From: an uncultured Ruficoccus sp.
Lineage (GTDB): Bacteria > Verrucomicrobiota > Verrucomicrobiia > Opitutales > Cerasicoccaceae
NCBI GenBank assembly: GCA_965140785.1
Contig: OZ223475.1
Span: 64,001-128,000, forward strand
Direction of reading: 5' to 3'
Length of the DNA: 64,000 nucleotides
A program made the position numbers and the translations under genes. Positions 44,398 through 55,600 of this stretch are shown here, piece by piece. The first letter of the stretch is position 1. Each line of letters starts with the position of its first letter. A model generated the notes under the pieces. It did not search any database, was not told the origin of the DNA, and worked only from the letters and a program-made list of their open reading frames with translations.

Positions 44398-47300
44398 TCA
44401 GAGGGTTGCTGCTTCGAGGGATTGCGCTTCGATCCAGCAATACAGGTCGGAGGGATCGGCCTGAAGAGACGCTTGGAAGTCGCTCAATGCACCCTGCATA
44501 TCGCCGAGAGCTCGGCGGGCGAGCCCGGTCAGGTAGCGGAAATAGGCTGCCTGTGCCTGCACGGGATCGTCGATGTACGAGATGAAAAACGGCGTTGTTT
44601 TGAAGTTCCCGGCGACCTCCTGTTGCATTGCCTCTGTCCATTTTGTCAGAGCGGCGCGCAGTTGCTGACGGGCGCGGGTGGCGCGCCCGGTTTTATCCAG
44701 CGCGATCGCCTGATAGACGGGCAGGGCGGGCAGGTGCATGTTGGAGAAATAATCGACAGTCAGCACGAGGAAGTGCTGGTAGATTTTGCGCGCCTCATCG
44801 TCCTGCCCAAGCTGCTCCAGGCAGAGCGCCTCGTAGTACTGATGGGGGACGAGCATGACCTCGTTCCAGAGGCCGGCGCCGAGGTTCTGAGGCAAGACCT
44901 GTGCCTGCCGGAAATGCTCAAGAGCCGTCTGGGCATCGCCAGCGCGAAGGGCTTGTCGGCCCAGATTATGATGGGCAAACATGTGCTGCGTCGCCACGAC
45001 GTGCTCGCCGCCCTCACAGGGCACAAAGGTATGTCCAGCGAGGACCTGAAGCGCGTCCTCGCTGCGGTCTGCGTGGTTCAGCGCGCGAACAAACTCCAGC
45101 ACGAGGTCATCGCGCAGCGGCCGGGGAGTCGTCAGGTATTGTTTGATTTCTTCCAGTTTGCTCTGGAGGAAATCTACGCGCTCAGCGGGATTGACACCGA
45201 GCTTGGACATGACGTGCGCCGTCTCGTAAACGAGCTGCTCATCGGTGGGGGCAAGTTCGAGCGCCTGCTTCAGCAGGGGCAGGACCTCCTCCCAGCGCTT
45301 GAGGTGGCTGTAACTCGCTATGGCGAGATTGCGCAGGATGGTGGGGTTTTTCGGCTGAAGCTTTAGGCTTCGATCCCAACACTGCGCGGCCTCTTCGAAG
45401 TGGCGTTTGTCGTAGAGTAGGTTGCCAAGACGCGACCAGGCCTGCGGCAGCTTGTCATTGAATGCCAATGCGATCCGCAGCACGGCCAGCTCCTCGTGTC
45501 GCCACGGGAACGTCGCGCAGGCGGCGGTTGCTTCGGCCTGTGTAATGAACGCTTTAGCAGCGGTTTCATCGCCCTGATCCAGTGCGAAGGCTGCCTGCGT
45601 ATAGGGCACCATCGGTGCATCGGTGGTGGCAGAGGCCGGGAGGTTCTTTAACAACTCAATTGCTTCATCGAGTAAGCCGGATTTAGCTAAATCGTAGGCG
45701 AGGTCGAGGCAGGTCTGGGCGGGCGAACTGTAAAGCTCGCCGTAAAATTCGCTTATCGGTGTATCCGAAAAACGGATACGAAGGTAGCGGGCGAAGTGGT
45801 TGAGCGGGTCGCTGCACAGGATCGAGTCGAGTCGGGAGACCGCGGCTTTCGTGTCGCCCATCTTCTGCTCGGCAGCGGCAGCGAGTGCTCCGGCTAGCGG
45901 ATTGTTTGCCTCATGAGCCAGAGCGCGTTCGGCGTGTTCCAGCATCTGCTCCCAGTTACCGCGCTGTCCGTTGATCATGGCAATCAGTGTCATGCTGCGC
46001 GAGATGTGCGCCTCGTTCCAGGAGGCTTTATAAAAGGCGTCGTAGGCTGCGTCTGTCACTCCCTGCGCGAGATAAACCAAGCCCAGCGCATAAAAGACCT
46101 CGCCGCTGCGCGGGTTGCTGTTGTGGCGGGTCAGAACCTTCCGGGCATGCTCGAACAGCGTACGCGCCTGCGCATAATCCGCTCGCTTGTAGTGGAAGTG
46201 GCCGAGGTCAATTAAGGCCGGTGCGTAGTGCGGATCGAGGCGCAGTGCCGTTTCCCAGTAGGCGTCAGGGAGAGACTTCGGGTCGCGATACTGCTCGATG
46301 TGGACGCCAGCCAGATGGCATTCCTGTGCGGTCTTGAAGTGGCTGGGCGGCGGCAGGTCAACCCAGGGCTCGGGCATGGTGTCGGCGCAGGATTCGGCGG
46401 CGACCACAGGCTCCGCATAGCGCAGGAGGGGGCGGCCAGCGTTGTCGAAAATGGTGACCAATAGGGAACCCTCGTGGGCCGGGATTTCGAGCGTCTTCAG
46501 ATCGGTCGCCGCCAGATCCGCGGTAGTTTCAAGTAGCGATTTTCCTTCGGCACTCACGCGGATGCTTGCACCGCGGTAGGTTCGGACGGATTGAAGCGTG
46601 AGCGTCGTTGCGGTTTCTGCGTGTTCGAGGTTGATCGCCAGGTTGGTATTTGCGCAGACGGGGGCTCCGATCTTACTGATCGGGTACCAGAACTGCGAAA
46701 ACTTCTTCGTCTCGAAGGGCTCCAGCCAGGCGAAGTCCGGCTGGTTGTCCGAGTAGGAGCCCGCCATCAGTTCCGCGTAGGCGCCGTCCTCATCGGTGAG
46801 GGCGTTTTCCCAGGATTCGGAGAGCTGATTGTAGGCCCAGGTGAAAAGCTTCTTCCCGGTGGAGACGTGGTGGTTGCCGATGTGGACGACTCCGCAGGCT
46901 TTCCCGTGGTCGTAACCGCCAAAAAAGTCGTACTGCGAGGCGGCGGAGAAGTACGAGGTAGGGCTCTTGGTGTTTTCGTGACGTCGGATGTCTACCTTTT
47001 CGCCGAGGCGGATACCGTTGAAGACGCCGGAGGCCTTGGGCCAGGTGGTGACTGAGCGGTGGTAGTGGAAATTCACATACGTGACATCGGTCGGGAAAAA
47101 TATCTGGTAGTCCTTGTTGACCGGGACAGCGGCATTTTCCCACCACAGGAAGGAGCGCGCGATGGGCGTGCGGTTGGACAGCACCATGCGCGTCTCAAAG
47201 ATCGCCTCGTCGGGGCGCAGCCGGATGCCGACCATCCCCTTCATGCGCTCGATCGGGTCGTGCTCGGAGAGCCAGACGGTGACCGCGCCGTCGTCCTCGT

Positions 47301-47709
47301 GTTCAATCGCGTAGTCCGTGGGCATGAAGGTTGAGGGGCGATGGTGAAAGGGCCAGTTAAACTCGACGCCGCCGGAGACCCAGGAGCCGAGCACGCCGAT
47401 GAGTGCGGGCTTGATGACGTGCTGGCGGTAAAAGAAGTCATAGCCGGTGGTTTTGTCGGTGGCCGAGTAGATGCGCCCGCCCAGCTCCGGCAGGATGATG
47501 ATGCTCAGGAATTTATTCTCTAAGCGCACGGCCTGATAGGCCCGGTCGCTTTTGTGCTGGCGGTCGGTGTTGAGGACGACCCGGTTGGGGTAGGGGCGTC
47601 CGCTCGTGCGCTGGTGCACGCGGTTCTCCGCATACATCGGCATAGCCTCTGGCTCCGGCTCGCGGTAGGTGGGCAGAGTGAGTTGTTCTTCGGTGATCTG
47701 GACTGACAT
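44398..47709 (-). CDS. DUF5107 domain protein with TPR repeats (second paralogue)
   Basis: RVHQRTSGRPYP, LENKFL..ILPELGGRI, GGVEFNWPFHHRP, GKKLFTW, ELMAGSYSDNQPDF, FVPCEGGE. Confidence 0.9.
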   Translation of the reverse strand: MSVQITEEQLTLPTYREPEPEAMPMYAENRVHQRTSGRPYPNRVVLNTDRQHKSDRAYQAVRLENKFLSIIILPELGGRIYSATDKTTGYDFFYRQHVIKPALIGVLGSWVSGGVEFNWPFHHRPSTFMPTDYAIEHEDDGAVTVWLSEHDPIERMKGMVGIRLRPDEAIFETRMVLSNRTPIARSFLWWENAAVPVNKDYQIFFPTDVTYVNFHYHRSVTTWPKASGVFNGIRLGEKVDIRRHENTKSPTSYFSAASQYDFFGGYDHGKACGVVHIGNHHVSTGKKLFTWAYNQLSESWENALTDEDGAYAELMAGSYSDNQPDFAWLEPFETKKFSQFWYPISKIGAPVCANTNLAINLEHAETATTLTLQSVRTYRGASIRVSAEGKSLLETTADLAATDLKTLEIPAHEGSLLVTIFDNAGRPLLRYAEPVVAAESCADTMPEPWVDLPPPSHFKTAQECHLAGVHIEQYRDPKSLPDAYWETALRLDPHYAPALIDLGHFHYKRADYAQARTLFEHARKVLTRHNSNPRSGEVFYALGLVYLAQGVTDAAYDAFYKASWNEAHISRSMTLIAMINGQRGNWEQMLEHAERALAHEANNPLAGALAAAAEQKMGDTKAAVSRLDSILCSDPLNHFARYLRIRFSDTPISEFYGELYSSPAQTCLDLAYDLAKSGLLDEAIELLKNLPASATTDAPMVPYTQAAFALDQGDETAAKAFITQAEATAACATFPWRHEELAVLRIALAFNDKLPQAWSRLGNLLYDKRHFEEAAQCWDRSLKLQPKNPTILRNLAIASYSHLKRWEEVLPLLKQALELAPTDEQLVYETAHVMSKLGVNPAERVDFLQSKLEEIKQYLTTPRPLRDDLVLEFVRALNHADRSEDALQVLAGHTFVPCEGGEHVVATQHMFAHHNLGRQALRAGDAQTALEHFRQAQVLPQNLGAGLWNEVMLVPHQYYEALCLEQLGQDDEARKIYQHFLVLTVDYFSNMHLPALPVYQAIALDKTGRATRARQQLRAALTKWTEAMQQEVAGNFKTTPFFISYIDDPVQAQAAYFRYLTGLARRALGDMQGALSDFQASLQADPSDLYCWIEAQSLEAATL

Positions 47710-47815
47710 GGTAAAGAAATGTTGTGTTTGAGTTTTGTCTCATTGTGCAAATTTTCGTTGAGGATGCATGCCTCAAGGCTTCTCAAGCCTGATCAAAAAG
47801 TTTATAGATCTAACC

Positions 47816-48709
47816 ATGCCGAACAAACAGGTCTCCAGACAGCATGCTGACGTTGCAGGAACGACCTCCCTGTGGGACGGAATCAGCGTGAGCCTGGTGA
47901 GGTTTTTCGAGGGTCCGCCGATTGGGAAATACGGGACCTTTGACGGCATTGTGTTTACCGCTTACAAGTTGCTTGCCGGGACAGCGTTAATAGAAAAAGG
48001 CGGCGTCTCGGTGTCTCCCGGACGTGGCGACTGGATCATGTGCCTGCCGGGTAAGCGTTTTCAGGATTTCTCGGGCTCTGCTCGCATTATCTCCGTCCAT
48101 TTACAGGTGGAGAGCCCGACCAATGCCGCCTGCTGGTCTGGTGTCCCGGTGCTGACGGTGAAGAGCCGGACGAAAGGCTGTGCGGCACTCGACGAGAGTG
48201 TAAAGACGCTGCGTAGGTCCACGCTGCTTAAGCAGATTGAGGACTCTGGAAGAATCAGTCCGCAGGGGGTGTCTGCGGACTTGCCGGAGGCTCTTGAGCT
48301 GCAAATTAATCTGATGTCATTCTTTCAAAAACTGACCACGCTGTTGGAGCCGATGGGGATGCACTACTCCGCGCCCTTGATTCGTGACCGGCGCGTGCGG
48401 GAGAGCCGTCAGCGCCTGACCTCGGCGAGTTTTCGCGAAGGCTTTGATCGCACGTTGCTGGCGAAGGCCTATAATCTCAGCCCGACGCAGCTCGACCGCC
48501 TCTGGCGTGACGAGCTGGAGCAGACGCCTTTTCAGTTCTGGAATCACCGGCGGCTGGAGGCTGCATGTGTGCACCTTCAGGGCGACGCCTTAAGCATCAA
48601 GGAGATCGCTTTCGAGTTGGGTTTTGTCCAACTCAGTCAGTTCTCCTCGTGGTTCCGTCTGGCGATGAAAGAATCCCCCAGAGGCTTCCGCCAGCGTCAT
48701 AATATGTAG
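47816..48709 (+). CDS. AraC family regulator (paralogue of 42472-43329)
   Basis: LSPTQLDRLW...SIKEIAFELGFVQLSQFSSWF...SPRGFR; divergent from the DUF5107 gene. Confidence 0.9.
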   Translation: MPNKQVSRQHADVAGTTSLWDGISVSLVRFFEGPPIGKYGTFDGIVFTAYKLLAGTALIEKGGVSVSPGRGDWIMCLPGKRFQDFSGSARIISVHLQVESPTNAACWSGVPVLTVKSRTKGCAALDESVKTLRRSTLLKQIEDSGRISPQGVSADLPEALELQINLMSFFQKLTTLLEPMGMHYSAPLIRDRRVRESRQRLTSASFREGFDRTLLAKAYNLSPTQLDRLWRDELEQTPFQFWNHRRLEAACVHLQGDALSIKEIAFELGFVQLSQFSSWFRLAMKESPRGFRQRHNM

Positions 48710-48849
48710 GTGGTTTAGCTTGTTACAATCAAGAGTGCCCTTATTTCGGTTTGTGCCAGAAGCTGTCTCAGTCAAGCTTGTAGGGTTCGGGTAGTGCAGT
48801 TATTGGCATCCAGTGTGGTGGTTGATTCGCAAGAGGGCTGATGGGTGTT

Positions 48850-48925
48850 GGGCACTTCAATTAACCTCCCATGGGGCGCAACCCCTTCGGGGCGAGGCGC
48901 TTTGGGGAGGTTCATCGAAGTGCCC
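48850..48925 (+). other. Long (76 nt) intergenic hairpin with cUUCGg loop
   Basis: GGGCACTTC/GAAGTGCCC, AACCTCCC/GGGAGGTT, GGGGCGC/GCGCTTT, CCC-TTCG-GGG. Confidence 0.6.
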
Positions 48926-49031
48926 TGTTATGATGGTGGCTTGCTACTAGAATGATTGGATGTGAATATCTCTTGAGAGGAAAATATTTCTGAAAAACAC
49001 ATATAAATAAAAGAATATATTGGAATAGATC

Positions 49032-49069
49032 GCTTGACATCTTTAAAAAGACCATATCTTCTGAAAGAA
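49032..49069 (+). promoter_or_regulatory. Conserved promoter/operator motif, copy 1
   Basis: GCTTGACA-N14-ATATCTTCTGAAAGAA, repeated at 57069-57106. Confidence 0.7.
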
Positions 49070-49222
49070 AACAAGCGGCAGATTTCTCCAGCTTGCTTCC
49101 GATCATCCGTGGTCGCCTACTGAGTGTAATCTCGGTGTCGGTTGTTCATGCTTATCGGTGAGTACGCCGCGTCCGGCTGATCTATGCTTGTCTCATATTA
49201 ATCCATTCCCCCCACACACCTC

Positions 49223-52200
49223 ATGTTTTGGCGTCTTATACTCACACTATTTATTTCTGCTTCAGTTAGCTCGTCTATCTATGGTGAAAAAAACTCAGAT
49301 TTGTTTCCGTTGACGGTAACAGGTGGAGGAGTGGTTATCTCGGACGCCTGGAAGGAGGAGCACGAAATATCAGCGCCGACTGGTGGAATCAAAGTTGATT
49401 TGGTTAAGATTCAGGATCGGGGGTTGACAGCAACTATTGCCCCAGGAAAGTTGGAGCTAAGTGAGTCCGAAACATCTGGATTGGGTGAGACCCTTATCTC
49501 TGGAACAGTAGATTTTGAGAACGACGAATCTATCAATTTCAAGGGGAGGCTTGCAGCAGGCGAGGATGGAAATATTGAGCTTGAATATTCCGTTCGTGGC
49601 ATGCCGATTGATAATCTTCGACTCCGGTTCCGGTTTGATTCTAATTTTCCGGGAAGAAGCTTTTCCTACGATGGGCATGATGTTGTTATCCCTACTGCAG
49701 ATTCTGTAGGAAATAAGGTTTGGTTCCGTGGCGCCAATGGAGTCCAAACGGTTCGGATCCCATTGCTTGACGGGGTCTTGGTTATCGAAGACGAGGGGAC
49801 GCCTTTGTCGCTATCGCTGGATGTTCAGAAAGACGGTACGGCATCGTTACTCTTCAAAATGGTCAAGTCGGCTACAGATAGTCTCGACGGAGATCTTGCG
49901 CTTAATCTGCGCATCGAACCCTATGAGCAGTCGCCACTGGACATCCGTCGCGAAAGTAACATGGGTTTCTCTGATGCCGTTGCTGACGATGGTATCGGGG
50001 GATGGACCGATCAAGGGCCGAGCGGGGACTTGTCTATGTTACCGGTTGGACAGCGGTTTTTCGGGAACGTGATATTTGATGTTATCGACCCCCGGACTAA
50101 TGATGGGAAATCCTGCATGATGTTTGCGAACTCTCAGCGTAGTTATTTTCTCGATACGGTTGATGTTAAAGTCAATGATGGCGAGCACTACCGGTGGCTA
50201 TATTTACTAAATGCATCGGCGTGGACCCCTAGTGAGGATGGTGTGTCCGTTGGTTCGGTAACTGTGCACTATGCCGACGACACCTCAGAGAAGGTAGATA
50301 TTCGCTCCGGGCAAGATGTCGGAAACTGGTGGATTCCGAAGGATCAGAGTAACGCGGCGGTCGTGTGGCAGGAGGTGAATTCGGTGAAGGTTCCAGTTGG
50401 TCTTTATCTGAGCCGTATTGCGCTCAAGCCTGTACCTGTTGAGAGCATAACATTGGAGACGGCGGATAGTGCTGTTTGGGGCGTAGTGGGGATGACTGCA
50501 GTGAAGGAGGCGAATATCCCACTTCTGCCGGTAGAACCTGTGAATTCTGAAAAGTTCACGACGCAGGAGGATGCTGACTGGGTGAAATTTACTTACGCGA
50601 AGGATGTCGTGCCCGGAAGTGCACTGGATTTCTCATCATTACAGGACGCCCCGGCTGGTAAACACGGACGGGTCGTCGTACATGGCGGCCATTTTGTTTT
50701 TGCGGATCGGCCAGAGCAGCGTGTGCGCTTTAATGGAACAAATATCCACTCCAGAATCATAACTCAAATCTCGCATGCTCAGGCCGAACAGTTAGCGCAG
50801 CGTATCGCAGCACTTGGATATAACGCTGTTCGTCTTCATCTATATGATAAATATTTGGTTTCGGAGGGAGACTCTCCGTCCGTACTTGATCCTGTGGCGG
50901 CCGATAATATGGACTACTTAATTTACTGTTTGAAGCAGCAGGGCATTTATATTGTTACCGATATTTTTGGAAACCTTACTCATGGATTTTCGGGCAGGAA
51001 ATTTAATCATCATCTTGAGGTGAAGTTTTCTGCTCCTTTCCTCTCGGATGTGCGACAGGCGCTGAAAGATTACGCTCGTGCTCTGCTTACACACGTGAAT
51101 CCTTATACAGGGATGTCACTGAAGGATGACCCTGTTCTTGTTTCTATATCGCTTATCAATGAGGATGCGCTTCACACCCACTACACGGTGCGCGAGCTGA
51201 CAAAGTCGGCTGACCTGCAGAAGGCTTTTGAAGACTCCTTCAAACAGTGGTGCAAGAATGAGGGAAAAGAGTATCCAGATAAGCCTTTTAGCGATCAAAA
51301 GCTTCTGACCACTTTCCTTGTTGATAAGCAGCGGGAGATCTATGAGGACTTGGCTACCTACGTACGCTCGCTCGGGCTTGAAGCACCCTTATCGGATCTG
51401 AACCATCGACAATTATATGTGCAGACTCTGGTGCGTGACGATTTTGACTTCGTTGATATGCATAGTTATCATGATCACCCTGTGCACACTGGCGCGATGT
51501 TTGCCAGTAATCCCACCTATAGTTTGCAGGATGCCTTGACCGTTCTTCCAGATGTATTCCTGTTTGCGACAACACGTATCTTCGGGAAACCGTTCATGCT
51601 GACGGAGTGGAATTTCTGCTATCCCAATCCTTATCGCAGTGAATCGGGCGCAGTGATGGGGGCATACGCAGCTCTGCAAAACTGGGACGGGATTTTCCGC
51701 TTTAATTATGCTAGTCTGCCTCTTACTGCGTTTCATAATACTCATACATGGAGCTTCAACACCGCGAATGATCCGATGCAGTTGCTGTCTGATCGCATAG
51801 CCGCATTGCTTTATATGCGTGGCGACGTGGAAACGGCTGAGAGCAAAATATCTTTTGCAGTAACTCCCTCGATTCTTGAGGAGGACTTTGCATCTAATTA
51901 TATGACTTTCTCTCTGCGCGAAGATGCTATGTACCCAAAAGATTTCTCCGCGCTGGCAACCTATTGCCAGATCGGGACAAACGTTGTTACCGACGATGTT
52001 CACTCCTTGCCGGTAAATGCGACCTTAAGCTTCACGGACTTAAAAGCCAGAGAGGAGGGCTGGAACGGCACTTACATTTCCGCCCATGGTGATTTTCTAC
52101 TAGGGTTGGAGGATGACGGTGTCATTAGTGCCGCAGATGTGAATCCTGATATCTCGATGTTTACAAGTGAGACGGGACAGATATTTGTCGATGGTGAGCA

Positions 52201-52654
52201 GCACTCATTCATGGTACTGACGCCGCGCAGTGAAGTTCTCATCCAAGAAGGAAAGGAACAGTCAGGAGACGCTTTGACGGTTACAGATAATAGTGGGTTT
52301 TGTACTATTTTTGCCGGGAGCCTGGATGGACAAAATCTGCCCGACAGTGACCGAATTCTGGTGCTGCACTTGACTGATATTCGTAATAGTGGCGCCATTT
52401 TTACTAAAGAAGGAGACAGGACAATCATCGATAGCGAGAATCAGGGGAGATACCCTCTGCTTCTGCGCCGGGGGACAGCTCAGGTGTCATTAAAACTAAA
52501 TGAGCGGGAGGGGGAACCCACCGTTTGGGCTTTGCGCACAACAGGCGAGCGCATCGCAGAAGTTCCTTTTACCTATGAGGACGGATGGCTGAAATTTAAG
52601 GTTGCGACCGATCAGGGTGATTACCAGACGATGGCCTATGAAATTGAGTGGTAG
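49223..52654 (+). CDS. Exported multidomain glycoside hydrolase, clan GH-A (GH5/GH148-like)
   Basis: Signal peptide; PAGKHG, GYNAVRLH, LLTHVNPYTG, SLINED (acid/base), HSYHDHP, KPFMLTEWN (nucleophile), AYAALQNWDG. Confidence 0.8.
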   Translation: MFWRLILTLFISASVSSSIYGEKNSDLFPLTVTGGGVVISDAWKEEHEISAPTGGIKVDLVKIQDRGLTATIAPGKLELSESETSGLGETLISGTVDFENDESINFKGRLAAGEDGNIELEYSVRGMPIDNLRLRFRFDSNFPGRSFSYDGHDVVIPTADSVGNKVWFRGANGVQTVRIPLLDGVLVIEDEGTPLSLSLDVQKDGTASLLFKMVKSATDSLDGDLALNLRIEPYEQSPLDIRRESNMGFSDAVADDGIGGWTDQGPSGDLSMLPVGQRFFGNVIFDVIDPRTNDGKSCMMFANSQRSYFLDTVDVKVNDGEHYRWLYLLNASAWTPSEDGVSVGSVTVHYADDTSEKVDIRSGQDVGNWWIPKDQSNAAVVWQEVNSVKVPVGLYLSRIALKPVPVESITLETADSAVWGVVGMTAVKEANIPLLPVEPVNSEKFTTQEDADWVKFTYAKDVVPGSALDFSSLQDAPAGKHGRVVVHGGHFVFADRPEQRVRFNGTNIHSRIITQISHAQAEQLAQRIAALGYNAVRLHLYDKYLVSEGDSPSVLDPVAADNMDYLIYCLKQQGIYIVTDIFGNLTHGFSGRKFNHHLEVKFSAPFLSDVRQALKDYARALLTHVNPYTGMSLKDDPVLVSISLINEDALHTHYTVRELTKSADLQKAFEDSFKQWCKNEGKEYPDKPFSDQKLLTTFLVDKQREIYEDLATYVRSLGLEAPLSDLNHRQLYVQTLVRDDFDFVDMHSYHDHPVHTGAMFASNPTYSLQDALTVLPDVFLFATTRIFGKPFMLTEWNFCYPNPYRSESGAVMGAYAALQNWDGIFRFNYASLPLTAFHNTHTWSFNTANDPMQLLSDRIAALLYMRGDVETAESKISFAVTPSILEEDFASNYMTFSLREDAMYPKDFSALATYCQIGTNVVTDDVHSLPVNATLSFTDLKAREEGWNGTYISAHGDFLLGLEDDGVISAADVNPDISMFTSETGQIFVDGEQHSFMVLTPRSEVLIQEGKEQSGDALTVTDNSGFCTIFAGSLDGQNLPDSDRILVLHLTDIRNSGAIFTKEGDRTIIDSENQGRYPLLLRRGTAQVSLKLNEREGEPTVWALRTTGERIAEVPFTYEDGWLKFKVATDQGDYQTMAYEIEW

Positions 52655-52685
52655 GCATTTTTTAAACCGATTATAGTGCGTACAA

Positions 52686-55600
52686 ATGAGACCTGAAGAC
52701 CCCATCAGGAAGAACACTAGACAATCGCCAGACAGAGGCGGGTTTGCCTTGATTGTCGCCCTCTCGTTGATGGCGTTTATCTTGCTGCTACTTTTGTCTC
52801 TGAGCACATTGGTTAATCTGGAAACACGTACTGCGACTGTACACAAGCAAACACTGGAGGCGCGTAATAATGCCCTTATGGGGCTGCGCGTGGCTCTGGG
52901 CGAGCTCCAAAAAACGGCGGGACCAGACCAGCGGGTGACGGCTCGTGCCGATATTCTTGGGCCGCCAGCAACTGATTGGATCGGGAATCGTCCGAATATT
53001 GAAAATCCGCAATGGACCGGTGTGTGGCGTCAGAATACGGCAAATGAGCCATCAGATGCTAATCCTAATCCAACTCCTGAGCCACAGTTGTTGACGTGGC
53101 TTGTCAGCGGAATGGATGGTAAGAGTGAGAACGAGCTGATGGACGAAGTTGAGAGCGATCTCAATCGAAACAGCACTACATTTGATTTCCACGCTTCCGG
53201 TTGTGCTCAGGTGTTAGTTCCCCACGATGGAGAAGGCGGAGTCGTGGTTCCGGTTGTTCGTGTGGGCGATGGTGGTTATGCCTATTGGATTGCCGATGAG
53301 GGAGTTAAGGCCAATGCTGCCCGCATTGACGATCTGCATGGCGAGACGAACACATCTTCTCATGGCTATGCTGTACGAGCCACAGTCGGCCAACGTTTCG
53401 GTATCGAAAATGTTGGTATGGCTCCAGGTGGATCGCGCTATGGAGACCTGTATCCAATCAATAATACGATGGCCGGGAATGTGTGTGTATTCAGCGAATT
53501 GAGTCTGCTTTCCGATGCCCCTAACGCTGCATCGGAGGCACTGAAAAACCATCGCCACGATTTGACCGTCTATTCGAAGGGGCTACTAACAGATGCTTGG
53601 AACGGCGGGTTTAAAGTGGATCTCAGCCGTGGGCTTGATGATGATCCTCTGACGGGCGACCTCTATACGGCTGCATCCCGGCCTGCATGGGACGATAAAC
53701 CGGTGCCACAGTGGGAACTGTTCCGTGATTTCTATTCTATGCCGTCGCAGGTGAGCGGGGGATCGATTTCTGTACGTACGCCCACGGACACGAGTGTGGG
53801 CACCTATCCGATTATCGTTCGTGCAAATCTATACTCGGGCATTTATCTGGAAGCTACGAAGTACGATGCTGCTGGTGACCCCGAGGAGTATCAGCTCTAC
53901 TTGTCGTTTTGGGTGGGGTTTTCGATGTGGAACCCCTATAATGTCTCGCTGAATGCGCAAAACTATGTGTTCTCTATCAATCCATTTGCTTACACGACGA
54001 ATTTGACATTGCCTAACGGGGATAACGTCAACATTACGATTCCCTACTCGGTGTCTGATGGAACGGGGACTTGGTCTACTCAGATTCGATTCGCCACCGC
54101 TGAGCCAGTTGGCTTCGCGCCGGGAGAGGTTAAGGTTTTTTCCACTCAGCCAGGTTCCGCTGCTTCATCTGCCCCTGGCTCTCCCTACATCGTGGATGCG
54201 AACGGAGACCAGTGGTACGCAGGGCTCTCAGACGAAGCCAAGTGTGTGCGTAGTGGCTATGATGAGGAGGAGATGATTCTCCTGAAAATCACCCGTGATG
54301 GAAACCCGGCAAGCTTTGATGGGATTTTGACCAAAGCGCAGATGACGTCTTCTGGTGGGGCTCCAAGGTTTACCATCCGGCAGCGGGGGGCTCCGAGTCT
54401 GATGGTGTATGATGCCAGTGGTCATTACATAAACTCTTTGGTTATGGGGTATGACGTTACGACGACAACGACGGCATATTTGGGTAATAATGGGGCGATT
54501 TCCTGTTCTGGAGGACCGATGGAAAGCCGTCGTGAGGGTACTTATCGCTTGCTGGCGGACTTAAATATCCGTGCAATCCCTGACTCCACTTTTAGTGAAT
54601 ATCAAGTGGGGCAGTCGCCAGCCATCATTGCCGCTGGTAGATCATGGGCAGGGTCAAGCGTAACGGCTAATTATCCTATAGCGACAAACGGGGCAGGAAA
54701 TGGCTACTGGGGACGCTCGGATGCTGCGAATGGCGGGCAGACGAGTGTCGTGATGTTTGATTTGCCGAAGGAGCCACTTTTATCTCTCGGACAGTTACAG
54801 CATCTGGATTTACGTCCTGGATGGTATCAGAACAATACCGCAGCGCGCGGGACAGTCTATAATCGTGAGGATAGCAATGTACCCAGTTTCCAGGTAGGAA
54901 ATTCGCGGGCCAATATGTGGACGGAAGTTGACCAACGGGATTTTGTCTATCGGATTAATGAGGCGCTATGGGACAGTTACTTCTTCTCCGGGATTCCTTC
55001 GGCGTACACTGATTGGGAGGACCCTCTGCCGAATCCGAGAATACAGGTGTGGGACTTTGATTCAGGTGTGGCTGACGATCTTGCCGATATCAATAGCCGT
55101 GATGCCGCTGCCTCAAAGCTTGTCATAGACGCGCCATTCAATGTCAACTCGACCTCGGTCGAAGCGTGGAAAGCACTCTTATCTTCAATGGGCGGTTTTA
55201 TCGATAGTCCCGACGATGCCGCAGAAACGCTTGACGCTCCTTTTGTCGGCATCTCATGGGAGCCGGGCATGGAAGGGTTGGAAAGCACGGAAATGGGGAC
55301 AGGTAATGTGGATCGCCTCTATAATGGATACCGCAGCCTAACGGAAGATGAGCTCCAGTCTCTGGCTGAACGTGTTGTCGAGGAGGTTAAGGTACGTGGT
55401 CCCTTTTTATCGCTTGCTCAGTTTGTGAACCGAACATTGGAGAATAAGGATACCCGATTGCCGGGCAATGGAGACATGAGTCTTAATTATGGCGAATGGG
55501 TTGGGGACCGGCATGATAGCCGTCTGAAAGGAACCCTCCAGGCTGCCAACGATGCAACAGACACTGACGATGATGGTGCCCCGGACATTAATGAGATTGT

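Noticed and set aside
44386..45366. 326-aa + strand ORF
   Set aside because: Antisense to the second DUF5107 gene
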